DNA of 64,000 nt from an uncultured cyanobacterium (lineage in GTDB: Bacteria; Cyanobacteriota; Cyanobacteriia; Cyanobacteriales; CAWCAG01). Position 1 is the first letter of the stretch, and every line of letters begins with the position of its first letter. Shown here piece after piece: positions 50,827-61,222 of this stretch. The notes beneath the pieces were generated by a model. The model was given only the letters and a program-made list of their open reading frames with translations. It did no database searches and was not told the DNA's origin. A program made the position numbers and the translations under genes. The stretch covers positions 416,001-480,000 of the forward strand of contig CAWDOD010000010.1 in the NCBI GenBank assembly GCA_963803805.1, in the 5' to 3' direction.

Positions 50827-51228
50827 TTGATGGCTAAAAAGAAAAAAGTCGAACCTTTAACTGGTGAAGCCCTACTCAAGAAAGTTAAAGAACTAGGCAA
50901 TCTTAGTAAGGAAGAAAAAGCAAGAGAGTGCGGTTACTACACAGTAACTAAAAACGATGTAGAGCGTGTCAATATGATGAAATTTCTCAATGCTCTAATT
51001 GATGCAGAGGGAATTGAATTAGACAGTACCGTCAACGGCCATGGTCGGGGAGGGCGTTCTGCTAGCTATCGTATTAGTGTACAGTCTAATCATAATTTGT
51101 TAATTGGCTCTGCTTATACAAAGAAAATGGGCTTGAAGCCTGGAGATGAATTTGAAATCACTCTAGGCAGGAAACACATTCATCTTAAACAAATAGATGA
51201 ATCTGAAGAAATGGATGAGGAATCTTAA
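50827..51228 (+). CDS. cyAbrB regulator, clade B (CalB/cyAbrB2-like)
   Basis: KEEKARECGYY, RVNMMKFLNALIDAEG, GGRSASYRISVQSN. Confidence 0.9.
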   Translation: MMAKKKKVEPLTGEALLKKVKELGNLSKEEKARECGYYTVTKNDVERVNMMKFLNALIDAEGIELDSTVNGHGRGGRSASYRISVQSNHNLLIGSAYTKKMGLKPGDEFEITLGRKHIHLKQIDESEEMDEES

Positions 51229-51258
51229 AGTTATTGATATTTCTCCAGAGAAAATGGC

Positions 51259-52968
51259 TCAGTTTTCTAATTTGACTCTATCTTTAGAAAGCAATTTCCA
51301 CTCAGGAGAAATATCTGCTAGTTCTTTGACATTGAATAAAGCCAACTCTTTAAAAGTTTTGTAATCAAGCAATAGGTAAGGCTTCGACTCTAAATTCCAA
51401 CGCTGTTTTAACCAGTAGTGTTTAATTTCTTGGGGTGAAGGCTCTGGTGCTGCTTGCCAGTGTCTTTCCAACCAAGAAGTTCTTAATTGAGTCTGTTTGA
51501 GTGGGGACAGAGCAACAATTTGGCGATCACTATAAAAATCAAGAGATGAACTAAACTCAGAAGAAGTATAAATAAGCTGATTTTCTGGTACAGAACTTTT
51601 AATAACCTTAGCAAGTTTCTCCACCGGATAAGTTTGATTTAAACCGCTAATCCAGTGAGGAGAAAGAACTAATAATAAAAGTGATATATAAATTCCCCAG
51701 AATAGCATTGGGATAAACTGCCGATCTTGTCGCTCAATTAGTATGGTAACTACACCTAAAGTAAGAGCTACCGAAGCAAAAATAACTACCAAAGAATTGT
51801 CCGCAGCATAGGCAATACTAAAATAAATAGAAGCTAAGCCACTAAATGAAGTTAATAAACCAAAAATAACAGTCCAAGAGCGTGGATAAACAGCAAAACT
51901 AGGTAAGGTATAAATCTGTGCTAACTGAGCGCCTCCAGCTAAAGCTAGGGAGGGATACATCGGTAAAACACTCCAAGGAGTTGGGCTTAATAAAAAAGAA
52001 GCCGCTACAAAATAAAATATCGTCCAAACTAAAACTAATTTAGCCCAACTCCAAGTACAATCTATCCAAGCTTGTTTGAAGCCGTAGAGCGAGAAAAACA
52101 ACCATGGCCAAGAATACTTGAGTATTTCTCCCAAGTGATACCAAGGATAAGTATTATGAGTACCTAAATTATGCCAAGTATCTTCAAGATACTGACCAAT
52201 TGCTACTTTGCTAATCAAGGGTAGCTCGTAGTGGAAAGATTGAGCTAAATACCAAAAAGTAATAGGCATACTTCCTAGAATTAAACCAAACCAGAGGTAT
52301 ATAGAACTTAATAATCTAGGTGTATCCCAAGCTAAAAAACAGATAATAATCGCTCCAATTAATAATCCCTCTGTTTTTTGGGCTAAGAACATTAAGCTGA
52401 AGCCAATTCCTGCTAACAAAGTCCATCTAAGATCACGACGGGAGCGTAAAATACATAGAATTGTCAAAGTTTCAAAACATAGTAAAGGTCCTTCCAAGAT
52501 AGCTAAGCGACCGTAGCAAACCACAGGTAAAAAAGTTAAGTAAATTAAAGCAGCAAAAATTCCCGGAATGCGGTTGGAGAAAATTTCCCTGCCAATGCTA
52601 TAAACCAAAGGTACAGAAATAGCGGTTAGCAAAGCTGTAGGCAAACGTGTTGTCCATTCATCAATACCAAACCAAGAGTAAAAAATAGCAATTAAACCCT
52701 CAATTAGAGGGGGGTGATGCAAATAAGGTATTTTCCATAGAGTAGGAAATAACCATTGCCAACTTAGGGGGGGAGCTAAACTAATTTCCTTAGCTACTTG
52801 GGCTATAACTCCTTCATTTCCATCTTGTAAAGGCAGATTATTGAGGTTAGTACCGAATAAGACAAAAGCAGCTAAAAATAAACCACAAATCCAGAGCCAT
52901 TCGAGCCAATAGTCATGACTACGTAGATTCTTTTCTGGACGATCCCCGACAAAAATTTGACGTTCCAT
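51259..52968 (-). CDS. ArnT/GT39-like membrane glycosyltransferase
   Basis: Multi-TM; D.NEG..AQVAKE, YLHHPPL, WTTRLP. Confidence 0.82.
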   Translation of the reverse strand: MERQIFVGDRPEKNLRSHDYWLEWLWICGLFLAAFVLFGTNLNNLPLQDGNEGVIAQVAKEISLAPPLSWQWLFPTLWKIPYLHHPPLIEGLIAIFYSWFGIDEWTTRLPTALLTAISVPLVYSIGREIFSNRIPGIFAALIYLTFLPVVCYGRLAILEGPLLCFETLTILCILRSRRDLRWTLLAGIGFSLMFLAQKTEGLLIGAIIICFLAWDTPRLLSSIYLWFGLILGSMPITFWYLAQSFHYELPLISKVAIGQYLEDTWHNLGTHNTYPWYHLGEILKYSWPWLFFSLYGFKQAWIDCTWSWAKLVLVWTIFYFVAASFLLSPTPWSVLPMYPSLALAGGAQLAQIYTLPSFAVYPRSWTVIFGLLTSFSGLASIYFSIAYAADNSLVVIFASVALTLGVVTILIERQDRQFIPMLFWGIYISLLLLVLSPHWISGLNQTYPVEKLAKVIKSSVPENQLIYTSSEFSSSLDFYSDRQIVALSPLKQTQLRTSWLERHWQAAPEPSPQEIKHYWLKQRWNLESKPYLLLDYKTFKELALFNVKELADISPEWKLLSKDRVKLEN

Positions 52969-53218
52969 ACGACCCCAAAACTCTTAAGATTACTTTTTCT
53001 TGCTATTGCTGAATTGATTACCTCTTTAACTATATAAACTCGCCTGCTCCGGGAGTGAGGTGTTAGAATACGCGGGGTGAATAGAAATTCCCAAGTTTAA
53101 TTTATTTTATTTAAAAATTTTTCAGAACTTATCGGTATTTGTTTTCCTATTTTAAGCCCATTAGAGCTTATGAGATTGAAAGCAACAAACCAAATAAATA
53201 CTCTGCGATATCAAGCCT

Positions 53219-55141
53219 ATGGAAGGATCTTTTGAACTGACCCTACAAATAGTAATTACTGTCGTTGCAGGAATTAGCGCTCAGGTTTTGGCTGAATATC
53301 TTAGAGTACCTAGCATCGTCTTCCTACTAATTTTCGGTATCTTGTTGGGTACGGACGGTTTGGGAGTATTACATCCTCACGAATTAGGAGTTGGTTTAGA
53401 GGTTATTGTTGCTCTCTCTGTTGCTGTAATCCTGTTTGAGGGAGGACTCAACCTTGAGTTACGGGCCTTAAATAAAGTATCTGGTAGTCTTCGCAACTTG
53501 GTTACTTTAGGAACTCTTATCACTCTCTTGGGGGGAGGAATGGCAGCCCATTGGCTAGGGGAATTTCCTTGGTCAATTGCTTTTCTCTACGCTTCTTTAA
53601 TTGTAGTTACTGGGCCTACCGTCATTAGTCCTTTACTTAAACACGTTGAAGTTGACAGGCAAGTAGCAACTTTATTAGAAGGAGAAGGGGTTTTAATAGA
53701 CCCAGTGGGAGCAATCCTCGCAGTTGTTGTTCTTGACACCATCTTGAACAGCGATGCTGGTGCTATTCAGGTGGCTAGTGGTCTAGTACTGCGCTTGGGT
53801 ATTGGTGTGGCTATCGGTGTGCTAGGGGGTTGGTTATTAGGCTTGATTCTCAAGGGTACTAGTTTCTTATCAGAAGAATTAAAAAATTTGGTAGTTCTTG
53901 CAGTAGTATGGGGTCTTTTTGGTATTTCCCAAACTATTCGTAGTGAGTCGGGGCTGATGTCTACTGTAGTAGCGGGAATTGTCCTAAGAGCTTCCTCTGT
54001 ACCAGAAGAACGCTTGTTGAGGAGATTTAAGGGACAGCTAACAGTTTTAGGAGTATCGGTTTTATTTATTCTCTTAGCAGCAGATCTGTCCATTGCTAGT
54101 ATTTTTGCTCTCGGTTGGGGAAGCATTTTTACTGTTCTGTCTTTGATGTTGATAGTCAGACCAATCAGTGTTCATTTGTGTACCTGGAATGGGGGCTTAA
54201 ATTGGCGACAAAAGCTATTTGTATCTTGGGTTGCTCCTAGGGGAATAGTTTCTGCCTCTGTGGCTTCTTTATTTGCTATTCTGCTTACTCAAAGGGGAGT
54301 TAACGGAGGAGATTCTATTAAGGCTCTCGTTTTCTTAACTATTACCATGACAGTATTTGTCCAAGGGCTATCAGCGCGTTGGGTGGCTAATTGGTTACAA
54401 ATAAACTCTTCTGAAGCAACTGGGGCAGTTATTGTGGGTTGCAATGCTTTGGGGCGTATGATTGGTCGCTTGTTTCAAGAGCAAGGTGAATCTGTAGTTT
54501 TGATTGATACAGATCCAGAAGCTTGCCAGAAAGCTGAAGCAGAAAACTTAACAGTGTTTCAAAGTAGTGGTTTAGATCCTGATGCCTTAGAAGAAGCGGG
54601 CATCGAGTCTATGGGAACTTTCTTAGCTGTAACTAGCAATGGTGAAGTTAATATGGTGTTAGCCCAAAGAGCTTCTGAGGAATTTCAACCTCCCCGGGTT
54701 TTAGCTGTATTTCCCCATAATCCAGAGGGAAATAATCCAGGAAACAAAACGAAAAAAAACAAAATCAATCAAGCTTTTATTGCTCAGTTACCAATTAAAA
54801 TCTGGAATCAGTATCTCAGTAACGGCCAGGTTAAACTAGGGAAAACAGTATTTAAAGAGCAAGGGTTTTCTTTTCAACAAGCTCATTTTAAAGCTCTCAT
54901 TCGCTCAGGGGAGCTTTTACCTTTGCTATTAAAGCGAGAGCGGAAACTTCAAGTGGTAAAAGCATCTGAAGAATGGCAAGTAGGAGATGAAATTATCTAC
55001 TTGCTACATGACCCTCGGCCAAAGCTCTTAAAACGCTTGTCTGGTGGTAGTCAATCCTCTCGGTTAGCTTTAGAGAAGTTGTCGGAAGTAGAAGAAGTAC
55101 CTATTGCTTCAGTATCTACTGAACCAGCTCTAGGTAAATAA
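53219..55141 (+). CDS. CPA1 cation:proton antiporter with TrkA-N domain
   Basis: ILFEGG, TGPTVI, EGVLIDP, APRGIV; C-terminal VIVGCNALG Rossmann fold. Confidence 0.9.
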   Translation: MEGSFELTLQIVITVVAGISAQVLAEYLRVPSIVFLLIFGILLGTDGLGVLHPHELGVGLEVIVALSVAVILFEGGLNLELRALNKVSGSLRNLVTLGTLITLLGGGMAAHWLGEFPWSIAFLYASLIVVTGPTVISPLLKHVEVDRQVATLLEGEGVLIDPVGAILAVVVLDTILNSDAGAIQVASGLVLRLGIGVAIGVLGGWLLGLILKGTSFLSEELKNLVVLAVVWGLFGISQTIRSESGLMSTVVAGIVLRASSVPEERLLRRFKGQLTVLGVSVLFILLAADLSIASIFALGWGSIFTVLSLMLIVRPISVHLCTWNGGLNWRQKLFVSWVAPRGIVSASVASLFAILLTQRGVNGGDSIKALVFLTITMTVFVQGLSARWVANWLQINSSEATGAVIVGCNALGRMIGRLFQEQGESVVLIDTDPEACQKAEAENLTVFQSSGLDPDALEEAGIESMGTFLAVTSNGEVNMVLAQRASEEFQPPRVLAVFPHNPEGNNPGNKTKKNKINQAFIAQLPIKIWNQYLSNGQVKLGKTVFKEQGFSFQQAHFKALIRSGELLPLLLKRERKLQVVKASEEWQVGDEIIYLLHDPRPKLLKRLSGGSQSSRLALEKLSEVEEVPIASVSTEPALGK

Positions 55142-55256
55142 AGTTTGGGTGAATTTAAACTTTATGAAATACTTAAAGTTGCCATCTTCTATAAAGGTTT
55201 CTTGGGAAGTATTTGCCTTATTATGAATGTATATAGTCAGTAGAAGTAAAAAAATT

Positions 55257-55379
55257 ATGGATGTCAAATTGGTTTTGATAGTTTTAACAGCCGTTTTTAC
55301 TGTATCTAGCCTCTTTTTCGCTACCAAGAATGGATTTTATGATTCAGATAACTATCATGGTAATGGTTCTGCTCACTGA
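55257..55379 (+). CDS. ndhP: NDH-1L small subunit NdhP (40 aa, below the ORF-track cutoff)
   Basis: MDVKLVLIVLTAVFTVSSLFFATKNGFYDSDNYHGNGSAH; one TM plus the NGFYD...YHGNGSAH tail. Confidence 0.93.
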   Translation: MDVKLVLIVLTAVFTVSSLFFATKNGFYDSDNYHGNGSAH

Positions 55380-55437
55380 AATCTCATAACTATTTAAACA
55401 AACACCAAGGTTGTGAATACTATAGCTGGAGGGGAGC

Positions 55438-57054
55438 ATGAGTAGAAATGACCAGGTATCCTCTGATGCTGAGACTCAGCTAAGTTGTTTGCCCTATGGT
55501 TCAGGACATAGTTCTGAAGGAGTATGTCTTTTAGTTCAAATGGGTCCTCATCGCATTCTTCTTGATTGCGGTTTAGAAGATATTTCTGCTCTCCAAAATA
55601 TTCAACCTCCAGCAGAGATGGTTTTTTGTACCCATGCTCATACAGACCATGCTCAAGGGATTTGGCCGTTATACCAAACTTTTCCTCAAATACCAATTTA
55701 TGCTAGTGAAGTAACAGCAGAACTTTTACCCCTTAACTGGCCTGACTTACCCTCGCAGGAGATGAACAAGTTTTGCCAAGGCTTACCTTGGTATGCTCCT
55801 ATAGAATTTGCTGATAATTTAGTAGCTCAACTTTTTCCTGCGGGGCATTTACCAGGAGCCGCAGCTATTGCCCTTACTTACACTAGTTATCAACGTTCCT
55901 ATACTTTAGTCTATACAGGAGATTTTTTTCTCTCTAACTCTCAGTTGGTAGAGGGGCTATCGGTGGAGGCTTTGCGTAGCTTATCTCCAGATGTGCTGAT
56001 TGTAGAAGGTACTTATGGTACAGCAAGACATCCCCATCGCAGGCAACAAGAAAAACAATTAATGGAACGAATCAATCAAGCTATTGCTCAAAATAAGAGT
56101 GTCTTGATGCCTGTTCCTCCTTTGGGTTTAGGGCAAGAAATCCTCAAACTTTTACGCTCTCATCACCAATTCACAGGTCGAGACTTAGATATATGGGTGG
56201 ATGAAAAAGTTGCTAGAGGTTGTGATCGCTACTTAACTCTTTTATCTGAATTTCCAGCCTCAGTTCAGAACTTTGCTAAACATCAACCTCTATTTTGGGA
56301 TGAACGAGTTCGCCCCAGAATGCGTCGTCTTGATAATTGGCAACAAATTCTTCAATTTGACCAAAAACCATGTCTTCTCCTGACAGATATTAGTGGTGAT
56401 TGGCAAAATCATCGCTACTTTGAGGAAGATTCGTGGTTAATATTACTACCAGAGTATCTCGAATATTTAGTCAATGGGGAATTTAACCAAAAGTTGAGGG
56501 TAGAGAACTATCTCCTCACACAACACAGCGATCGCCAAGGAACAACGCAGTTAATTCATAACTTGCGACCTCAACACGTTGTTTTTATCCACGGTTCCCC
56601 GGCATATTTAGCAGACTTAACTAGTCTAGAAGAGTTGCAAAACCGCTACCATTTACATTCTCCCCCAGCAGGTAGTTTGGTAGAACTTCCTATTGGAGAA
56701 ACCTTCATTCAACCAGCCCCTCCCCCAGAAATTTATTATGAAGGACAATTGAGTGAACTAGAAACAGGAGTGAACATCACCTTACCTACTTCTATTGCTA
56801 CCGACTCGCGCTGGAATAACTTTGGTGATACGGGATTAATAGAAGCTCGTTGGCAGGGAGAGGATCTCGTTTTACGGGGTTTATCCCAAAGAGAATTACT
56901 AAGTCAGAGCAGTGATGCCAGGATTATCGCAGAGGTGGATTGCTGCGGTAACTGCCTTCATCAAAAGGGTCAACGTTGCTGGAATCAAGCTTCTCCACTT
57001 TATGGATTCAAGGTAACTCCAGATGGATATTGTCCTGTTTTTGAATCTGAATAA
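55438..57054 (+). CDS. MBL-fold / beta-CASP nuclease-like protein with C-terminal Cys cluster
   Basis: LLDCG, THAHTDH, AGHLPGA, YTGDF, EGTYG, QHSD, FIHG; tail CCGNC...C...C. Confidence 0.85.
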   Translation: MSRNDQVSSDAETQLSCLPYGSGHSSEGVCLLVQMGPHRILLDCGLEDISALQNIQPPAEMVFCTHAHTDHAQGIWPLYQTFPQIPIYASEVTAELLPLNWPDLPSQEMNKFCQGLPWYAPIEFADNLVAQLFPAGHLPGAAAIALTYTSYQRSYTLVYTGDFFLSNSQLVEGLSVEALRSLSPDVLIVEGTYGTARHPHRRQQEKQLMERINQAIAQNKSVLMPVPPLGLGQEILKLLRSHHQFTGRDLDIWVDEKVARGCDRYLTLLSEFPASVQNFAKHQPLFWDERVRPRMRRLDNWQQILQFDQKPCLLLTDISGDWQNHRYFEEDSWLILLPEYLEYLVNGEFNQKLRVENYLLTQHSDRQGTTQLIHNLRPQHVVFIHGSPAYLADLTSLEELQNRYHLHSPPAGSLVELPIGETFIQPAPPPEIYYEGQLSELETGVNITLPTSIATDSRWNNFGDTGLIEARWQGEDLVLRGLSQRELLSQSSDARIIAEVDCCGNCLHQKGQRCWNQASPLYGFKVTPDGYCPVFESE

Positions 57055-57077
57055 CCTTTGAATAAACTGGAATACAA

Positions 57078-57389
57078 CTACTCTTGATTGGAGTCTGGGG
57101 AATGAGGGTGTATTTGCTCAGCCTCTGGACATTCATCAGAAATAAGAACGTCTATATTTCCCCTCGGTACAGAAGCTAGCTTGCGAGTTATAGCTCCAAT
57201 ACTCTCTAAACGCACCATTTCTTCCCAAGAACTTATTTCGTCATCTTCATCAATTTCATAGCGAATAGTAACTAAATCACCTTCAAGATGAAGGATGCGA
57301 GCGCCTTCTATCCAGCGCTGCTGGTCCCGCAAAAAAATACAAACTTCATGACCATCTGCACAGAGTTGATAAATCTTGCGGTGTAGCAT
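57078..57389 (-). CDS. Conserved cyanobacterial small protein (DUF6679-like)
   Basis: MLHRKIYQL, IFLRDQQRWIE, SWEEMVRLESIG. Confidence 0.78.
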   Translation of the reverse strand: MLHRKIYQLCADGHEVCIFLRDQQRWIEGARILHLEGDLVTIRYEIDEDDEISSWEEMVRLESIGAITRKLASVPRGNIDVLISDECPEAEQIHPHSPDSNQE

Positions 57390-57612
57390 AGGTTAATTCT
57401 CCTAAGCAAAAAATCTTCTTGCAATTTTCGTGACAATATTAGGTTAACTTGACTTGAATTTGAGTATAAATCTCAAAAAGCAGTAATTGTAATTTAATCT
57501 AAATTTATGGTCAAATTTTTCTTTCTAATGGAGTGTTAAGCCTAAGATTATAATGCTATTGTTACACAATATTGACTATAAATGTTGGCGATACAGAGGG
57601 AATATTTATTAT

Positions 57613-58551
57613 TCAGAGCAAAGCTGGAGAGAATTCATACTTTTGCAAAATAGCACTAATTTCTGAGGCAACCCTATCCGTTCTTTCCACCATGGACATA
57701 TGGCCACAATCAGATATTTCTACAACGTTATCACTACAATTACCAAACAACCGATGGAAACTAGCTAGATGATGAACATATTGGAGTTCCATAACTTTGT
57801 CCTTCGCACCAGCTAGAAAATAAACTGGCTGCTTCAGACGAGAGACGATTTGAGGCAAAAGATGAACTTCTTTTTCTGTTGTTGAATCTAGTAAAGCTCC
57901 TAAAGCAGCCTGGGCATCCGCAGTTACAAAATCGATTAGTCTTTGCTGCCCCCATTGTCGATTAAGAGGACGCTCTACCATGATTCTGGAAAATACCAAA
58001 TCCAGTAAGGGAACATATCTAAGCCAGGAAGGACGACGTTTAACTAGTTGTTTCCCCACAGAGCGAAAGCGTTCAAACTCTTCTTTAAGATAAATACCGC
58101 CTCCAGAATTTAAGCAAATAATGCCTTTAACTTGCTCAGGAAAAAGTTCTGCTCCCCATACAGCTATGCTTCCTCCTAATGAATGACCTATAAGCCAGGC
58201 TTGTTCTATGTCAAGCTTTTCGAGTAGAAAATGTAAGTCTTTCGCATAGGCAGCTAAAGTGTAATTTCCTCTACTGGCATCTTGGGTATTTTGAGAATTT
58301 GAGGTAGGGAAACAGAAATCCCGAAAACTTTTTGGTTGATTGGCTGGGGAATTTTGTTGAGACTCTCCAAATCCTCTCAAGTCGTAAGTCAAGCATTGAT
58401 AACTCGTTGATAACTTCTCAACAAGAGGGTTCCAATACCGACGGCTCAAAAGCCAGCCATGGATAAAAACTAATACAGCTTTGGATGGTTGAGGAACAGG
58501 GGGTGTGAGTTCATAAGCATGAGGCACTCCCAAAATATCTATCATTACCAT
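57613..58551 (-). CDS. Alpha/beta-fold hydrolase
   Basis: FIHGW, YDLRGFGES, GHSLGG, CGH. Confidence 0.92.
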   Translation of the reverse strand: MVMIDILGVPHAYELTPPVPQPSKAVLVFIHGWLLSRRYWNPLVEKLSTSYQCLTYDLRGFGESQQNSPANQPKSFRDFCFPTSNSQNTQDASRGNYTLAAYAKDLHFLLEKLDIEQAWLIGHSLGGSIAVWGAELFPEQVKGIICLNSGGGIYLKEEFERFRSVGKQLVKRRPSWLRYVPLLDLVFSRIMVERPLNRQWGQQRLIDFVTADAQAALGALLDSTTEKEVHLLPQIVSRLKQPVYFLAGAKDKVMELQYVHHLASFHRLFGNCSDNVVEISDCGHMSMVERTDRVASEISAILQKYEFSPALL

Positions 58552-58576
58552 ATGTTAATCGTATCAGTTATAGCCT

Positions 58577-59305
58577 CTAAAATTGCTGACCAAGTAATCT
58601 TTGTCGTACGCTTTCAGCAATTTTTTGGCCAAGATATTCAGGAATCAAGCTTTCGTTAGGCCCTAGCAAATAGAGGATCAAGCGAGTACGGCCACGCCAA
58701 ACTAGTAAATTAGCGTTGACAACCAGTAAGTCTTCTTGCCAAATGGTATACATCACTTTGTAAAAGAGTCCAGGCTGGTTATCTGCTTCTATTAACAGTG
58801 CAGGAAGATGAAAAACCGGATCAATATAAAACTCTGTTTCCACTTGTTCTAAGCCGGCATTAAGATTAAATTCTACCGCTAGCATTTCTTCTACTTCAAA
58901 TCTTCCTGCTAGTGCTTCTCTAATAGCTCGACAGACGTTATCTGCTGTTTGCTCTGTTAAAGCTTTGCTGCCGCGAGAAACCACTAATTTGAGAAATACC
59001 AACATCGGTGGCTTTATTTGACCGTAAAGGCTCAAACTACTGTGAATAGTTAATCCATAGGCATGAAGTACACCAAAAATATCACTGAGTAAAAAAGACT
59101 GATTGCGGTAAGCAAAGTGTAAAGCACTTTTAGAGCCTTCTGGTTTAAGTTCGATTACCGCTCGCTTAGTTCGGTATAGCCGATATGCTAACCGCAGGTT
59201 CTGTAGTTGTATTTCACTACTAACAAACTGTTCATAGAACTTGGGAAACGCTCTATTAAAGCGCTTTAAGAGTTCCAAAGTAGATGATTTTAAACCCGCA
59301 GTCAT
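58577..59305 (-). CDS. Conserved protein with two ACT-like domains
   Basis: NQSFLLSDIFGVL..YGL.I and ADNQPGLFYKV..TI ACT-like signatures. Confidence 0.65.
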   Translation of the reverse strand: MTAGLKSSTLELLKRFNRAFPKFYEQFVSSEIQLQNLRLAYRLYRTKRAVIELKPEGSKSALHFAYRNQSFLLSDIFGVLHAYGLTIHSSLSLYGQIKPPMLVFLKLVVSRGSKALTEQTADNVCRAIREALAGRFEVEEMLAVEFNLNAGLEQVETEFYIDPVFHLPALLIEADNQPGLFYKVMYTIWQEDLLVVNANLLVWRGRTRLILYLLGPNESLIPEYLGQKIAESVRQRLLGQQF

Positions 59306-59579
59306 AAGGGTTATAGGTCTTGCCTGATAGGATGAACAAGGAGCAATGCCAGATTTTTAACTAGCTCCTTTAAAGTTTTTGATAAACCCAGTCTAATTCA
59401 AATCATGCTATGGCTGGGCTTACTCGGAGATGAGTATAGGTAAAGATAAGATATCTTTGTTGTGCTAATATCTAAATCGTGGATTTTAAGTTAGATTAAT
59501 AATTTAGTCCACAATTTGGGAATCTTGTGTTAACTTACCTTAGCGCAGCAAAGAAATCACCTAACTTAGCCAAATAGGC

Positions 59580-60104
59580 ATGGGGTTTTGGAAAAACTTA
59601 TTTAGTAACTCTGATGCTGTTGCTGCATCAGCAACAATAGCCCCTGATAACGAGACGTTTCAGGGAATCAATGCTAACATCCGCCAGCCGAAGATACTAT
59701 TTAGTACAGATCGAGAACTCGATTTGTATGAGTTAGAGGAGTTGTGTGATGCTGTCGGTTGGTCTCGTCGCCCTCTCCGGAAAGTCAAAAAAGCTCTCCA
59801 GCATAGTTTTTTGGTTGTATCTATGTGGGAAGTTAAAGGCAATAGGAGACGTTTGATTGGCTTTGCTAGAGCAACATCTGATTATGCCTTTAATGCAACA
59901 ATCTGGGATGTTGTGGTTCATCCTGACTATCAGGGCAAAGGATTTGGCAAAGGGTTAATGAAATATATAATCAAAAAACTTAAAGGAGAAGATATTAGTA
60001 ATATTACTCTTTTTGCAGATCCTCAAGTAGTGGATTTTTATCGCCAACTTGGTTTCATTTTAGATCCAGAAGGTATCAAAGGTATGTTCTGGTATCCCGA
60101 CTAA
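59580..60104 (+). CDS. GNAT N-acetyltransferase (Ycf52-like)
   Basis: [36 protein letters not shown]. Confidence 0.9.
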   Translation: MGFWKNLFSNSDAVAASATIAPDNETFQGINANIRQPKILFSTDRELDLYELEELCDAVGWSRRPLRKVKKALQHSFLVVSMWEVKGNRRRLIGFARATSDYAFNATIWDVVVHPDYQGKGFGKGLMKYIIKKLKGEDISNITLFADPQVVDFYRQLGFILDPEGIKGMFWYPD

Positions 60105-60163
60105 ACTTGATGAGCTTTCTAGTCAAAAACCAGAAAGCAAGTTATACTAGATTGGCTATGTTA

Positions 60164-60237
60164 CGGGATGTAGCGCAGCTTGGTAGCGCGCCTGCTTTGG
60201 GAGCAGGATGTCGCAGGTTCAAATCCTGTCATCCCGA
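60164..60237 (+). tRNA. trnP: tRNA-Pro (anticodon TGG)
   Basis: CGGGATG/CATCCCG acceptor stem, CCTGC-TT-TGG-GA-GCAGG anticodon arm, GGTTCAAATCC T-arm; CCA not encoded. Confidence 0.97.
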
Positions 60238-60400
60238 TGAAAGATTTTTAATAAACAATTAAAGTGGTATTTTAATAGCGCTTCACGATTAATATAAATG
60301 AACCTTCGTCCAGATAAAGTTCTATCATGGGGCTGGAACTTCCATTAATTGAGTGAAGTCAGAACTTACCACCAGGGTTAATATAAAGTAAAGTTGAGCA

Positions 60401-61126
60401 ATGGAATTTTTAACTAACAAGAGTACAGCCCTAAGTTTGATTAGTAGCATTTTTATAAGCTCTATCTGTGCTTTTAACCAACAAGCTTTAGCTATGCCAG
60501 AAGCAGAAATTGTTGATAAATTAAGAACAATAGTTGTATTCGCTATAGTTAATGAGCAAGGCTCTCCTTTAATAACCTTGGTAGATAATAAGATTAGGGA
60601 GAAGCCAGTATTTGTGAGCAAAAATGATGCTCAAGGTTTTATTAACAGAAGACAAGCTTTGAGCAAAAGCGAACTTGTGGAACAATTACAAGTTAGGGCA
60701 GTTTCCCTAGCAGATATTTATCAAATCACCCAAGAGGATTCTCAAAAGCTCAATAGCCCTAGATTTCGTCTTACTCCTAGGTCTAATACCGTTTTTTCAG
60801 CTAGAGAAATTTCAGATGGGCGAGAGATTTTTCAGGTAGTACCTCTGTTTTATGTTTATACTAAACAGGATTCTCTGCAAATTTCTTATTTAGAAAGAAA
60901 GGAGGGAAATAAATCAGTAATTCCTTTATTTTTTGAAAAAAAAGCTGCTGAGGAAATGATAGCTAAATTCCAGCAAGAACATCCAAATTTAACTCTTCAG
61001 TTAGAGATCGGCTTCACTTCTTTAGAAGTAATATTAGAGCGTTTTGAAAGAGAAGATAACGAAACAGTACGCAAAATGGTTTTAGAGCCAACAGAAGAAT
61101 CCTTAGAGTTTTTGAGATCCTTGTAG
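60401..61126 (+). CDS. Tic22-family protein (divergent copy)
   Basis: Signal peptide ending ALA, EIVDKL..I.VFAI.NEQG.PL, VPLFY, IPLFFEK. Confidence 0.8.
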   Translation: MEFLTNKSTALSLISSIFISSICAFNQQALAMPEAEIVDKLRTIVVFAIVNEQGSPLITLVDNKIREKPVFVSKNDAQGFINRRQALSKSELVEQLQVRAVSLADIYQITQEDSQKLNSPRFRLTPRSNTVFSAREISDGREIFQVVPLFYVYTKQDSLQISYLERKEGNKSVIPLFFEKKAAEEMIAKFQQEHPNLTLQLEIGFTSLEVILERFEREDNETVRKMVLEPTEESLEFLRSL

Positions 61127-61222
61127 AGGAAACTAGTAGGTAAGTTTAGAAGTCAATTATTTATGTCCTAGCAATATTACTTAAAGTAATACTTTCCGAA
61201 TTACAAATAATTTTTGAGGTAA

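Noticed and set aside
55130-55327. 65-aa minus-strand ORF
   Set aside because: Antisense shadow of ndhP.
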